The notes under the pieces are model-generated. The model worked only from the letters and a program-made list of their open reading frames with translations, ran no database searches and was not told the origin of the DNA. Below are positions 1 to 10,911 of a stretch of DNA of 64,000 nucleotides, in pieces. Made by a program: the position numbers and the translations under genes. Numbering within the stretch: position 1 is the first letter of the stretch; every line of letters begins with the position of its first letter. The stretch comes from Candidatus Hadarchaeum sp. (GTDB taxonomy: Archaea; Hadarchaeota; Hadarchaeia; Hadarchaeales; Hadarchaeaceae), in assembly GCF_038871235.1 (NCBI RefSeq), contig NZ_JAVZIN010000007.1, positions 22,404 to 86,403 of the forward strand, read 5' to 3'.

Positions 1-2
1 GA

Positions 3-638
3 TGCCGCTATCTGCCCGCGTGTTTGGTCGACTACCGCAGCCCAAGGATTCAGGTCGGCTGCTGGTACCGCGTGGTTCAGGACTGGGTGAGCGATGCAAG
101 GCTTTTGAATATTTTCATTTCTCTAGGGTTGAGCGTTGAACCTTCTTCCTTTGATTCGGCTTTAAATGAGCTTGAGGCTAGAAGGGCCACCGCTGCCCTC
201 TTCACGGCAAGAAATTGCCATTTGATCCGGGCGCCGAAAACCGATATCGTTGAAAGCTACCGGTGGGTAAAACGTTTTGAATCCATCGCTGAAGAGCAAG
301 GCCTCCACATCGGTTATGAGATGGAGCACGATGCCGAGTGGCAAGTTCGGTCAGGGAAATGCTCTGCTGCCCTCTTGGTGCCCAGGACGACCAAAGAAGA
401 GGTGATCAGGACAGCTTTGTCAGGCATGGTCTTCACCCACAAGACGACCCGCCACATCTTGCCCGCCCGCCCAGTTAATGTCAACGTTCCCCTTGACTGG
501 CTGATGGGGGAAAAGCCCATGGAGGAGGTGGAGAGGCTTTTGGTGGAATACCTTTCGGGAAAAAAAGTGATGAGGCTTTCCAAGGGCAGTTTTTACGATG
601 GCAGGCGCTACGATGAGGAGCTTCTGGTTTTCAGGTGA
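3..638 (+). CDS. SerK-like (ParB/Srx fold) ADP-dependent serine kinase homolog, 5'-truncated by the window edge
   Basis: Frame is open from the window start (CRYLPACLVDY). VDY..I.V..WY and TKEEVI....SG.VF..KTTRH.LP resemble Thermococcus SerK as recalled. Confidence 0.7.
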   Translation, partial: CRYLPACLVDYRSPRIQVGCWYRVVQDWVSDARLLNIFISLGLSVEPSSFDSALNELEARRATAALFTARNCHLIRAPKTDIVESYRWVKRFESIAEEQGLHIGYEMEHDAEWQVRSGKCSAALLVPRTTKEEVIRTALSGMVFTHKTTRHILPARPVNVNVPLDWLMGEKPMEEVERLLVEYLSGKKVMRLSKGSFYDGRRYDEELLVFR

Positions 639-1840
639 ACCAATTGGTGGATAGAAAGTTCGTGATAGTTGTCGGGGATGGCATGGCTGACTATCAGGTG
701 GAGGAACTCGGCGGAAGGACGCCGCTGGAAGTGGCAGACAAGCCCAATATGGATTATTTGGCCAGCGAGGGAAGGATGGGCCAGGTTAGCACCATCCCGC
801 ATGGAATGGCAAAGGATTCCGCCGTCGCCGCTCTTTCCATCCTCGGCTACGATCCTAAAAAATACTTCACCGGACGTGGCCCTCTCGAAGCCGGTTCCAT
901 GGGCATCGACCTAGGCCCAAAAGATGTTGCTTTCAGGTGTAACTTGGTTACGGAGAGGGACGGTAAGCTCGTCGATTATTCCGGTGGCTGCGTCACCACC
1001 GAGGAGGCCGCGCAACTGCTTGCCGAGTTGCAGAGGCAGGGGCTGGGTGAGTTTCACCTCGGCGTTAGCTATCGGCACATTTTTGTCCTGCGGAATGCCG
1101 AGATCAGCAAAGGGTGTTCTCCCCCCCATGAGATCGTTGGTGAGCCGATATCTGAGCACCTCATCAAATCCAAGGATAAGGTCTCTCAATCTCTGAACAG
1201 GCTCATTTTGGCGTCAAGGGACATATTGGGCAGCCACCCCGTCAACCTGAGGCGGATAAAACAAGGTAAGAATCCCGCCAACATGGTCTGGCTCTGGGGC
1301 CCGGGCAAGCGTCCCAATCTGGAGCCCTTTGAGAGGAGGTACGGGGTCAAGGGAGCCATAATTTCGGCGGTGAACGTGATCAACGGCATTGGGGCTTGGG
1401 CTGGCATGGAGATCATTAAAGTTCCCGGCGCCACGGGATACTATGACACCAATTACGAGGGTAAGGCCGATTATGCGCTGAAGGCTCTAAGGCGCAGGGA
1501 CCTTGTCCTCATCCATGTGGAGGCGCCGGACGAGGCAGGTCATGCAGGTGATGCTGAGATGAAGATAAAAGCTATAGAAGATTTGGATCGGCGTCTCCTA
1601 GGCAGGATCATCAAAAAAGGCAGAGAAAATGTCATTTCGGTTCTGCCTGATCATCCCACGCCGATTAAGGTCAGAGCACACACGTCCGATCCGGTGCCTT
1701 TTATGATATTTGTCCCGGGCGCAAAGGGCGACGGGCTCAGGTTTACCGAGGCCGATGCTGAGAAGGGCTCACTGGGTTTGATAAAGGGATCGGAGTTCAT
1801 GAAGCTGGTCCTGTCATTGGGCTCAGCCGATGGCTCCTGA
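635..1840 (+). CDS. apgM: Cofactor-independent phosphoglycerate mutase, ApgM type
   Basis: GDGMAD, TPLE.A.KPNMD, GRGPLEA, HVEAPDEAGH and PDHPTP alkaline-phosphatase-superfamily motifs. GTGA overlap with the upstream gene. Confidence 0.9.
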   Translation: MNQLVDRKFVIVVGDGMADYQVEELGGRTPLEVADKPNMDYLASEGRMGQVSTIPHGMAKDSAVAALSILGYDPKKYFTGRGPLEAGSMGIDLGPKDVAFRCNLVTERDGKLVDYSGGCVTTEEAAQLLAELQRQGLGEFHLGVSYRHIFVLRNAEISKGCSPPHEIVGEPISEHLIKSKDKVSQSLNRLILASRDILGSHPVNLRRIKQGKNPANMVWLWGPGKRPNLEPFERRYGVKGAIISAVNVINGIGAWAGMEIIKVPGATGYYDTNYEGKADYALKALRRRDLVLIHVEAPDEAGHAGDAEMKIKAIEDLDRRLLGRIIKKGRENVISVLPDHPTPIKVRAHTSDPVPFMIFVPGAKGDGLRFTEADAEKGSLGLIKGSEFMKLVLSLGSADGS

Positions 1841-2987
1841 GCGTTTTTCTCAGCAGGATCATCGCCGCAGCCTGAGCCGAGATGGAAAATAAGACAGCAA
1901 TTTGAGCCAAGTTGTTATCCATGAGAAAACCAAAAATGGCACCGCTGACGAGAAAACCAAACCCGTAAAAAGTGTGGAAGACCCCGTAGGCCGATCCCCT
2001 TACCTCTATCGGCGTGAGATCAGTCACGGCGGCCCTGTAGATTGACTCGTGCATTCCAAAAATTATTCCGAAGAAGATTGCCGACAGAATGACGAATTCC
2101 AGCCCGGGCATGAAGATCAGGGTCGAGGGGAAAACGGAGAGCGCGAAGGGAAGGTAAAGCAGCTTTCGGCCTATCCGGTCGTAGAGATAGCCGGCCAATG
2201 GCGCCGCCGCCGCGTCCACGGTTTGGGCGAGCAAATAAATGAGGGCCACCAACCAGGGCAAGGTTTCCGGTGAAGCCCGGTAGAGGATTAAGCCAATTGA
2301 TACCAAACCCATCGCGTTTAGCGACACTGAGATCGCGTAGATAATAAATTCACTTGGAAGTTCCTTAAAAGTGGATCTTTTTTCACTGACGGTCGGTATC
2401 GTGATGAGTGGCCTGATCCTGAGATAGATAAGAAAGAGCATGATAATCATAAGGAGGTAGGGAATGAAAAGGGCCGAGAAGGCAGCGCTGAAGTTCTCCC
2501 CGGTCGCGAATAGGGTCGCAGCGACAATCGCCGGCCCTGTTATTGCCCCGATCTGATCCAGCAGCTCGTGAATGCCGAAGGCCTTACCGCTGCCTATACC
2601 TTTGGTAGCGTAGGAGAAGACGGTGTCCCGAGCTGGAGACCTCACCGCTTTAGATAGTCTTTCTATTAGGACAAGAACCATGGCTAGAGGCCAGCTGCCC
2701 GCCAGCGCCAGCAGCGGGACGGCTATCAGCAGCGAATACCCGATGATGAAGATCGTCCAGTAGGATCTTGTCTTGTCGGAGAGGATGCCGAAGATCATCC
2801 TCAGGGCGTAGCCGAAGAACTCACCCAAACCTAAGATCAGACCAACGATAAAGGCAGAGGCACCGAAGCTGAGGAGGAAGGGTGAAATGACGCTCCTCGA
2901 ACCCTCGTAGATGATGTCCCCAAGTAGGCTGACGAGGCCAAATGTGAGGATGCTTAAAGCGGCGACTCGCCTAGGCTGCATGTTCAT
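1797..2987 (-). CDS. MFS transporter
   Basis: About 12 hydrophobic segments with G.LSDK and GYLYDRIGRK loop motifs. ATGA overlap with thrS. Confidence 0.88.
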   Translation of the reverse strand: MNMQPRRVAALSILTFGLVSLLGDIIYEGSRSVISPFLLSFGASAFIVGLILGLGEFFGYALRMIFGILSDKTRSYWTIFIIGYSLLIAVPLLALAGSWPLAMVLVLIERLSKAVRSPARDTVFSYATKGIGSGKAFGIHELLDQIGAITGPAIVAATLFATGENFSAAFSALFIPYLLMIIMLFLIYLRIRPLITIPTVSEKRSTFKELPSEFIIYAISVSLNAMGLVSIGLILYRASPETLPWLVALIYLLAQTVDAAAAPLAGYLYDRIGRKLLYLPFALSVFPSTLIFMPGLEFVILSAIFFGIIFGMHESIYRAAVTDLTPIEVRGSAYGVFHTFYGFGFLVSGAIFGFLMDNNLAQIAVLFSISAQAAAMILLRKTLRSHRLSPMTGPAS

Positions 2988-4843
2988 CCGCCGAAGAAGA
3001 TCGGGCGCAGCGATAACAATCGGTTCATGGCGAGGGGCCTGAAGGGCATCCCTTTGGTCAGTTGCTTAATTTCAGCGGAGAGCTCCTCCATGGTCAGTAA
3101 TTTAAGTCCCTTCTCTCCTCGTACCCTGACTGGAATTTTTTCCGATCCTAATTCCTTGTCACCGATGACGATAATGTAGGGCACCCACTCTCGCTCGGCA
3201 TCCCTCACCTTCTTTGAGACAGATTCCTCTCTGTCGTCGATGTCAACTCTTATCTGGTTCTTCTCAAGAGCCTCAGCGATTTTATTGCAGAAGTCAAGGT
3301 GACGGCTGGCAAGCGGCACGATTCTTACCTGAGTCGGCGCGAGCCAGAGGGGCAAGCAAGGTACTCCGCCCGCCATTTGGGCCTTGGCAGCCTCCTCCAA
3401 AATCGCGTAGATCCACCTCTCGATAGAACCGATGGAGGAATGCAATATCACGCAGTTCCGTTTTTCACCTCTTTCATCAACATAGCGAATATCATAGCGT
3501 TCCGAGTCCTCGAGGTCAAGCTGGATGGTGGAAAGCTGGGCATTTCCACCCACCGAGTCGATCATCTGAAATTCATGTTTTAGGATCCAGTAGTGTTTTC
3601 GTTCGGTGAGAAGCTCAATCAGGGCCGGGCGCTTGACCAGTTGCAGCAGACGGACGATGAAATCTTTGTTCTGGCGATAGAAATCCTCGACCACACGAAA
3701 GACCACCACATATTCAACTCCCATTGAACCTACCATCTTAACATAGACTTCAAAGAGCCGTTCATATTCCTCCAATCCCTGCTTCAAGTCAAGGCAAAAG
3801 CAGTGGATGTCGGGCATGGTGAAAGCCCTGAGCCTCTTCAGCCCCACGGTTTCACCGCTCTGCTCAAGCCGGTAGGACGGGGAAAGCTCGAAAACCCGCA
3901 CCGGCATCTGCTTGTAGGTCATTAGGGTGTTCTTCATCATCTTGAAAAGTCCAAAGTCTCCGGAGAACCTCAGGATGAGTGTTCGGTTGGGTAGTCTGAT
4001 CTTGTAGTCCTTTTGCAGGAACTTGGCCGCTTGCTCGGCTATGTCCGGTTCATCGGCGCGGTAGAGTACTGGAGTTTCTATCCTGACAGCACCGATTTCT
4101 GCAGCGATTTGCGAGGCGAAGTCCTCCAGCAGACCCTTGATGAGGGCGCCGTTGGGATAGAAACGGAAGTGTCCGGTATCGCTCGCTGGCTCGTAGTCCA
4201 CCAGCTCCAGCCGCCGCATCAGCTTGATGTGGGCCGGTTCTCCTCCCGGCTTTTGTCCCAGTTCCTCGCTCAAGAGGTATTGCTTGAGCAGCGGGTTTTT
4301 CATCAGCGGCTGGCAAGATTCGATCTCGGCTAGGTTTAACTCTTGTTCACCACCTTCGGGTGTGAGGAGGATCCATTTACCCGGTGCGGCCCTAGCGACC
4401 AATTCTGCGGCTACAGGGGCTTCCGAGGTAATGGTACGGGATAGCTCTGAAAGAGGATGTCCCTTGCAGCTGATGGTGAATGCCTTGTACCAGCCAAAGG
4501 GCAGCCGATGGACTTCAAGACCGTGTCCTCGGAGTTCCTCGGCGGTGGCATCGAGCAGTTTGATGGCTGTTTTAGGTGAGGCAAGCGAGGAACTCAGGTG
4601 AGCATAGGGATAGATAGCGACCCTTTGCGCCTCCACTTTCTTTGCGATGTTGAAGATCTCCACAGCGGCATTTTTAGCCACTTGTTTGATGTTGTTTTCG
4701 TCGGCTTCTTCAGCGGCCGAGAAGACAACGAGCACATCATCGATTTGTCCCGAGCACTGCTCAGGTCTGATTTCCTCAGCTGCGGGTGTACGTTGCTTTA
4801 CCTCGAACTTGAGGTAGTCGGCATGTATCAGCAGGATTTGCAA
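2984..4843 (-). CDS. thrS: Threonyl-tRNA synthetase, archaeal type with N-terminal editing domain
   Basis: ILLIHADY, YPYAHLSS, PFGWYKAF.ISCKGHPLSELSR, class II motifs (YRLEQSGE, HSSIGSIER) and anticodon-binding domain. Confidence 0.97.
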   Translation of the reverse strand: MQILLIHADYLKFEVKQRTPAAEEIRPEQCSGQIDDVLVVFSAAEEADENNIKQVAKNAAVEIFNIAKKVEAQRVAIYPYAHLSSSLASPKTAIKLLDATAEELRGHGLEVHRLPFGWYKAFTISCKGHPLSELSRTITSEAPVAAELVARAAPGKWILLTPEGGEQELNLAEIESCQPLMKNPLLKQYLLSEELGQKPGGEPAHIKLMRRLELVDYEPASDTGHFRFYPNGALIKGLLEDFASQIAAEIGAVRIETPVLYRADEPDIAEQAAKFLQKDYKIRLPNRTLILRFSGDFGLFKMMKNTLMTYKQMPVRVFELSPSYRLEQSGETVGLKRLRAFTMPDIHCFCLDLKQGLEEYERLFEVYVKMVGSMGVEYVVVFRVVEDFYRQNKDFIVRLLQLVKRPALIELLTERKHYWILKHEFQMIDSVGGNAQLSTIQLDLEDSERYDIRYVDERGEKRNCVILHSSIGSIERWIYAILEEAAKAQMAGGVPCLPLWLAPTQVRIVPLASRHLDFCNKIAEALEKNQIRVDIDDREESVSKKVRDAEREWVPYIIVIGDKELGSEKIPVRVRGEKGLKLLTMEELSAEIKQLTKGMPFRPLAMNRLLSLRPIFFGG

Positions 4844-4928
4844 ACCAGCACCGCGGGAACTTGATTTTGTAAATTTAATAACTTATCGTTTCAAAGGCAC
4901 CGAAACAGCGTTTAATTCAAAGGGCAGA

Positions 4929-5702
4929 ATGGAATTGGTGCTGATGAGAAGATTTTGCTATAAATGTGGGGCATTCGAGGACGATGCCGGACCGTTGTTG
5001 CAGGGGCTCTGCCAACGCTGTTTTTCCGACCTACCGCTAATGGAAGTCCCCGCCGAGATTGAGGTGGTTCTCTGTAGGGATTGTGGGGCTATCAAGATCG
5101 GAGGAAGGTGGCAATCTCAGTTCTCCGGAGAGCCGGTGAAAGAGGCGGCGCGGCAGGCGTTGCTCCATTCCGTCCGCGTGTTGAGTTATACTGATTCCGA
5201 AAAGCGCCTTCTTAGAGCCGCTGAAGCGCCGGGCCTTCGGTTTGAGGTGGAGCCGCGGTTGGAAGAAAGCTTGGTGGTGGTCAGGGCTTCGGGCAAGCTT
5301 CACCCACTACAGAAAATTCCCAAAATTGAGGAGCACGCCTTGAAATTGGACTTGAAATATACTACCTGTGATGTTTGCAGGTTGAAAAGGGCCAAGCATC
5401 ATGAGGCGATTTTGCAATTGCGTGATTTTTCTTCGACTGAAAAGCGACTTCAGATTCAAAGAGAAGTGGAAAAGATAGTCGCCCAATTAGGGAAAAGTGA
5501 GCCTAGGAATTTTATCGCCAACTTCAAGGAACAGCATGGTGGCTTGGACTATTACCTCAGTTCAGTGAATTTGGGAAGGAAGATAGCGGCCTTGCTGAAG
5601 GAGAGGTTTGGAGCTACCGTTATCGAAAGCGCGAAGCTCATCGGACGAACAAGAGACGGGCGGAAAAAATATCGTGTTTCAATTTTGGCTAGATTTATGT
5701 AG
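4929..5702 (+). CDS. NMD3 family ribosome-associated protein
   Basis: FC.KCG...LC..C, C..CG, C..C, EAILQLR and G.DYYL motifs; C-terminal KLIGR..DGR..YR. Confidence 0.88.
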   Translation: MELVLMRRFCYKCGAFEDDAGPLLQGLCQRCFSDLPLMEVPAEIEVVLCRDCGAIKIGGRWQSQFSGEPVKEAARQALLHSVRVLSYTDSEKRLLRAAEAPGLRFEVEPRLEESLVVVRASGKLHPLQKIPKIEEHALKLDLKYTTCDVCRLKRAKHHEAILQLRDFSSTEKRLQIQREVEKIVAQLGKSEPRNFIANFKEQHGGLDYYLSSVNLGRKIAALLKERFGATVIESAKLIGRTRDGRKKYRVSILARFM

Positions 5703-5739
5703 TTGTTTATAAAAAGTTGAAATAATAACTTTATAGCTG

Positions 5740-7428
5740 ATGCCAATGGTCGAGATGACTGGAGCGAAGGCGCTTTTCGAGGCTCTGAAGGCAGAGGGCG
5801 TGCGGAACATCTTCGGGATACCTGGAGGTGCTATTATCCCTGTCTACGATGCGCTTTACGATGAAACCGAAATTCGCCACATACTCACTAGGCATGAGCA
5901 GGCAGCAGCGCATGCGGCTGATGGTTATGCTCGCGCCACGGGTAGACCGGGCGTTTGCCTTACCACCTCAGGCCCGGGTGCGACCAATCTGACCACCGGA
6001 ATCCTCAACGCCTACATGGATAGCTCGCCGGTGGTTGCCATCTCGGGGCAGATGCCGAACTCCGTGCTGGGCAGTGACGCTTTTCAGGAAGCCGACATGC
6101 TGAGCATCATGCTGCCGATAACTAAGCACAACTTTATCATCCGCAATGTCGCCGATCTCCCCGCCATAATCAGGCTCGCATTTAAAACAGCCACCATCGG
6201 GAGGCCGGGCCCGGTGCACATAGATCTGCCTAAGGATGTTCAAGTAAGCAAAGCCGACCTAAAGATTCCTGCCGAAGTGAATTATCAGAAGGTGATAAAG
6301 TATGACCCCAACCCTGAGGACATCCGGAAGGCGGTTAAAATGCTGGTTGATGCCGAGCAACCAGTGATATATGCCGGCGGCGGCGTCATCATCTCCTCAG
6401 CTTCAGCCGAGGTCGTCACTCTGGCTGAGATGCTGGGTGCTCCGGTGGTGACTTCTTTGATGGGCAAAGGCGTGATTCCAGAGGACCACCCCCTCGCGCT
6501 CGGCATGCTCGGCATGCACGGACGCATGGCGGCCAACCTTGCGGTGAGTGAGTGTGATGTTCTGCTGGGAGTGGGGGTCAGGTTCAGCGATCGGGCCACC
6601 GGAGACGTTCGTCACTTTGCTTCACGAGCTAAGATCATTCACATTGACATCGATCAAGTGGAGCTAGGTAAGAATGTTCGAGTGGATCTACCGATAATCG
6701 GTGATGCCAAGCGGGCTCTCACCGAGATAATAAACGGGCTTAAGCTGCAGGTGAAGCAGGATAGAACCAGCGCTTGGCTGCGGAGGGTGAAGAAGATGAG
6801 GGAGGAGCTAGCCCCGAGGATGGATTACGATGAGGTTCCCACCAAGCCGCAGCGCGTGATTAAAGAGATAATGAGCGTGCTTAACGATGACGCGATCATC
6901 GTGACTGAAGTGGGACAGTGCCAAATGTGGGCAGCTCACTTTTACGTGGTCAGAAAACCCAGACATTTCATCTCCTCGGGTGGCTTGGGGACGATGGGGT
7001 TTGGATTCCCAGCTTCGATGGGCGTCAAAGTGGCCCGGCCCGAGTGTGATGTGGTCGATATAGCTGGAGATGGCAGTTTTCTCATGAATTCCCAGGAGCT
7101 GGCCACGGTGGTGGAAAACAAGATAAATGTGGTTTCCTGTATCTTTAACAACGGTTACCTCGGCATGGTCAAGCAGTGGCAGGACCTCTTTTATCAGAAA
7201 AGACGTTCAGGGGTCTACTTGGGCAAGGCACCTGATTTCGTGAAACTTGCCGAGGCCTACGGCGCCTGGGGCGATCGTGCCTCGAGGCCAAGTGAGATAG
7301 CGCCTAAGCTGAGGGAGGCGCTGAAATGTGGAAAGCCTGCGATACTCGATATACCAATTGACCCCGACGAACATGTGTTACCGATGGTGCCATCCGGAGG
7401 GAGGCTGGATGAGCCAATACTCACGTAG
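5740..7428 (+). CDS. ilvB: Acetolactate synthase large subunit
   Basis: FGIPGGA, RHEQAAAHAADGYAR, TSGPGATN, FQEAD and TPP-binding GDGSFLM...NNGYLGMV. Confidence 0.97.
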   Translation: MPMVEMTGAKALFEALKAEGVRNIFGIPGGAIIPVYDALYDETEIRHILTRHEQAAAHAADGYARATGRPGVCLTTSGPGATNLTTGILNAYMDSSPVVAISGQMPNSVLGSDAFQEADMLSIMLPITKHNFIIRNVADLPAIIRLAFKTATIGRPGPVHIDLPKDVQVSKADLKIPAEVNYQKVIKYDPNPEDIRKAVKMLVDAEQPVIYAGGGVIISSASAEVVTLAEMLGAPVVTSLMGKGVIPEDHPLALGMLGMHGRMAANLAVSECDVLLGVGVRFSDRATGDVRHFASRAKIIHIDIDQVELGKNVRVDLPIIGDAKRALTEIINGLKLQVKQDRTSAWLRRVKKMREELAPRMDYDEVPTKPQRVIKEIMSVLNDDAIIVTEVGQCQMWAAHFYVVRKPRHFISSGGLGTMGFGFPASMGVKVARPECDVVDIAGDGSFLMNSQELATVVENKINVVSCIFNNGYLGMVKQWQDLFYQKRRSGVYLGKAPDFVKLAEAYGAWGDRASRPSEIAPKLREALKCGKPAILDIPIDPDEHVLPMVPSGGRLDEPILT

Positions 7429-7436
7429 GTGTTGAG

Positions 7437-7919
7437 ATGAAAACGCGAATGTTTTCTGTGCTCTGCCAGAATGTTCCTGGAGTCATGATGAGGATATCCA
7501 GATCTTTCACTAGGCGTCAGATCAACTTGGACTCGATCACGGTGGGCATCGAGCCCAGCGGTCTGGCCCGGGTTATCCTAACCTTCAAGGCCGACGATCG
7601 TCTAGCGGAGTTCATGCGCAGGGTACTTGCCCGAGCCGAGCCGATAATAGATGTCGAGGTCATTGATCCGGAACGTAGCATTGCTAGGGAGATTGCGCTG
7701 TTGAAGACCAAGAAGCTTGATGAGGAGCAGCTTTGGAAAGTGGTGCAGAAAGTCGAAAGCGCTGGCGGCAAGGTTTTGGAGGACAAGGGGAACGTTTTGA
7801 TCATCGAACTCAGTGGCAGCCATGAGCACATAGAAAAGGTGGTCGCGGAGCTGGGTCCGGATATTCTCAGGGAGGTCGCCCGCTCGGGTCAGGTTCTTAT
7901 ATCCCGAGAGACAACATAA
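7437..7919 (+). CDS. ilvH: Acetolactate synthase small (ACT regulatory) subunit
   Basis: N.PGV..RI...F.RR..N.DSI ACT domain and C-terminal EVARSG; lies between ilvB and ilvC. Confidence 0.9.
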   Translation: MKTRMFSVLCQNVPGVMMRISRSFTRRQINLDSITVGIEPSGLARVILTFKADDRLAEFMRRVLARAEPIIDVEVIDPERSIAREIALLKTKKLDEEQLWKVVQKVESAGGKVLEDKGNVLIIELSGSHEHIEKVVAELGPDILREVARSGQVLISRETT

Positions 7920-7929
7920 AAAAGATAAC

Positions 7930-8916
7930 ATGGCGAAGATATATTATGATAAGGATGCGGACATTGCCCCCTTGCAGGGAAAGACAATTGCCATCATAGG
8001 TTACGGAAATCAGGGGCAGGCCCAAGCCAAGAATCTCAGGGATTCTGGATGCAAGGTGATCATCGGCAATATAAAGGATGCCAGTTATGAACAGGCGAAG
8101 CGGGATGGTTTTGAGGTTTACGACATCCCGGAGGCCGCTAGGCGTGCTGATATTATCCACATTTTGATTCCGGATGAACACCAGGCCGACGTTTATCGGG
8201 AGCAGATTCAGCAGCATCTCACCGCGGGCAAGGTCCTCTGCTTTAGTCATGGATTTAACATCCATTTCAAGCAAATAGTGCCACCTAAGGATGTGGACGT
8301 TATCATGATAGCTCCGAAGGCGCCCGGGGCCATGTTGCGACAGATGTATGAGCGCGGTTCCGGAACGCCGGGATTACTGGCGGTTGAACAGAATGCCAGT
8401 GGGAGGGCTAAGGAGATAGCGCTAGCGATGGCGAAGGGAGTTGGGTTGACTAGGATCGGGGTTGTTGAGACCACTTTTAAGGAAGAGGTGGAAACCGACC
8501 TGTTTGGCGAGCAGGCGGTGCTGGTGGGTGGAGTTTCCGAGCTGATGATCGCCGGGTTTGAAACTTTGGTCGAGGCGGGCTATCAGCCGGAGATAGCTTA
8601 CTTCGAGTGCATCAACGAGCTGAAGCTGATCATCGATTTGGTCTATGAGCACGGCATCGAGGGGATGATGAAGGCCGTTAGCAACACGGCCGAGTATGGT
8701 GGTCGCACTAGGGGCAAATGGATAGTCGATCGTAGAACGAGAGAAACAATGAAGCGGATGCTGGAGGACATCAAGAGCGGAAAGTTTGCCAAGGAATGGA
8801 TAGAGGAGAGCAAGGCGAACCTGCCAAACCTGCGCAGGATGCGCGAGGAAGGGAAGAAGCACTTGGTTGAGCGGGTCGGAAGGGAGCTGCGCAAGTGGGC
8901 CGGAATCGAAAAGTGA
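7930..8916 (+). CDS. ilvC: Ketol-acid reductoisomerase
   Basis: IIGYGNQG, FSHGFNIH, APKAPG, ETDLFGEQAVL, AYFEC, SNTAEYG. Confidence 0.98.
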   Translation: MAKIYYDKDADIAPLQGKTIAIIGYGNQGQAQAKNLRDSGCKVIIGNIKDASYEQAKRDGFEVYDIPEAARRADIIHILIPDEHQADVYREQIQQHLTAGKVLCFSHGFNIHFKQIVPPKDVDVIMIAPKAPGAMLRQMYERGSGTPGLLAVEQNASGRAKEIALAMAKGVGLTRIGVVETTFKEEVETDLFGEQAVLVGGVSELMIAGFETLVEAGYQPEIAYFECINELKLIIDLVYEHGIEGMMKAVSNTAEYGGRTRGKWIVDRRTRETMKRMLEDIKSGKFAKEWIEESKANLPNLRRMREEGKKHLVERVGRELRKWAGIEK

Positions 8917-8979
8917 TAATTTCCCTCTACCGCCAGAATTTTATATTTATAACGTGATGCCTTCTCGGAGGCAGGACCG

Positions 8980-10638
8980 ATGAAGCTTCGCAGCCGAGAG
9001 GTAGTGGTTGGGCTAGAGAGCCTTCCCCGCCGAGCTCTGTTGAGAGCCGATGGCCTGACCGATGCTGATATCGAGAGGCCGTTTGTGGCCATAGCCAACT
9101 CCTACAATAACATTGTGCCGGGACATTTACATCTGCGGCAGCTGGGCGAGGCGGTTGCGGCGGGTGTTCGGGAGTCCGGTGGCACACCTTTTGAGTTTAA
9201 CACTATTGGTATCTGCGACGGCATCTCGATGGGAACCCGAGGAATGTGTTACTCGCTGCCCTCCCGGGAAGTCATCGCCGACAGCGTCGAGTTGATGCTT
9301 GAGGCTCATAGATTCGATGCCGTAGTTTGCGTGGCTAGCTGCGATAAGATCGTCCCAGGGATGCTGATGGCCATGGCGCGGGTGAACATTCCCGGGATAA
9401 TGGTCACTGGCGGGCCGATGATGCCTGGAGAATGGGGCGGGCAGAAGTTGGATGTGATCAGCGCCTTTGAGGCCGTTGGTGCGGTTAAGTCGGGCAAGAT
9501 GAGCGAGAGAGAAGCACGGATTATCGAGGAGCGCTGTTGTCCCGGCTGCGGCTCATGTGCGGGACTGTTCACGGCCAACACCATGGCCTGTCTCACCGAG
9601 GCTATGGGAATGTCACTACCAGGGATGGCGACCGCTCACGCTGTTGATTCTAAAAAAGTAGCTCTAGCCAAGCGGAGTGGCTCTCAGGTTCTGAAGTTGC
9701 TTCGTCTGGGGATAACAACTAGAAGGATAATGACGCGACCTGCCTTTGAAAATGCGGTGATAGTAGACATGGCCATTGGGGGCTCGACGAACACCGTGCT
9801 GCATCTTCCGGCAATCGCCCACGAAGCCGGGATCAAGTTGGATCTGGATATATTTGATAGGTTGAGCCGAAGGACGCCGCATCTCTGCAGCTTGAGGCCT
9901 GGAGGTTCACACACGATGCTTGATTTAGACAGGGCTGGTGGAATACCTGCTGTCATGAAGCGGCTGAGTGGGCTAATTCGGGGCACACCTCTTACCGTCA
10001 CTGGCAGACGGGTTCGGGACAACTTGAAGTTCGTCAAGATACCGGAAAACGATGTCATCAGGCCGCTCAATCGACCGTACCATCGCGAGGGCGGCATCGC
10101 GATTTTATATGGTAATTTGGCCCCGAAGGGAGCTGTGGTAAAATACGCTGGCGTTAGTCCTCGGATGATTCGGCACAGAGGGCCGGCAAGGGTTTTCGAC
10201 CGTGAGGATGACGCGGTGAAGGCGATATTAGGTGGCAAGATCAAACGTGGTGATGTAATTGTCATCAGATACGAGGGACCCAAAGGAGGCCCTGGGATGC
10301 GTGAGATGTTAGCGGCTACTTCTGCCTTGGCTGGCGTGGGGTTAATCGATTCCGTGGCTTTGGTGACTGATGGGAGGTTCTCCGGCGGGACGAGAGGTGC
10401 AGCAGTGGGCCATGTTTCGCCCGAGGCCGCGGAGAAGGGACCCATCGCCGCCGTTGTCGAGGGAGATAAAATATTGATTGACATTCCCGGACGCAGGCTG
10501 GAGGTAATGGTTCCGGAGCAGGTGCTTGAGGAGAGGCTGGCGAAGGTGAAACCGCTTCCACCGAAAATAAAAACTGGTTATCTGGGATTATATTCTAAAA
10601 TGGTTAGCTCGGCTGCAGAGGGAGCCATAAGACTTTGA
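8980..10638 (+). CDS. ilvD: Dihydroxy-acid dehydratase
   Basis: [44 protein letters not shown]. Confidence 0.98.
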   Translation: MKLRSREVVVGLESLPRRALLRADGLTDADIERPFVAIANSYNNIVPGHLHLRQLGEAVAAGVRESGGTPFEFNTIGICDGISMGTRGMCYSLPSREVIADSVELMLEAHRFDAVVCVASCDKIVPGMLMAMARVNIPGIMVTGGPMMPGEWGGQKLDVISAFEAVGAVKSGKMSEREARIIEERCCPGCGSCAGLFTANTMACLTEAMGMSLPGMATAHAVDSKKVALAKRSGSQVLKLLRLGITTRRIMTRPAFENAVIVDMAIGGSTNTVLHLPAIAHEAGIKLDLDIFDRLSRRTPHLCSLRPGGSHTMLDLDRAGGIPAVMKRLSGLIRGTPLTVTGRRVRDNLKFVKIPENDVIRPLNRPYHREGGIAILYGNLAPKGAVVKYAGVSPRMIRHRGPARVFDREDDAVKAILGGKIKRGDVIVIRYEGPKGGPGMREMLAATSALAGVGLIDSVALVTDGRFSGGTRGAAVGHVSPEAAEKGPIAAVVEGDKILIDIPGRRLEVMVPEQVLEERLAKVKPLPPKIKTGYLGLYSKMVSSAAEGAIRL

Positions 10639-10911
10639 CCAGTTTTCCAGAAAGTGCGGAAATTGTACTCATTCGGCACGATTTCAAGGGTCTAAAATTT
10701 GACTGTTTGAGAAACGACAGCCTCGAATAAAAACACAAGATATAGCCATGTCACAGGTTTACCTTGCTCAACAAATTTCAATCGTTTTATTTGGCATGAG
10801 ATAGCTGTGTCATCCAGTGGCTTAAATCCCAAGCGAGGCACAATAGCCAAATGTTTACTGGCAATCACAATAAAACTTAAAGATTGGGCCACTTAATCAG
10901 GTTGGAAGTTC

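Noticed and set aside
9684-10484. Long antisense ORFs (also 45409-46023, 54413-55105, 61175-61942)
   Set aside because: Typical reverse-frame shadows of well-supported genes.
10692-10892. 66-aa ORF in the ilvD-leuC spacer
   Set aside because: No recognisable motif or SD sequence, atypical composition, opposite strand to the operon.
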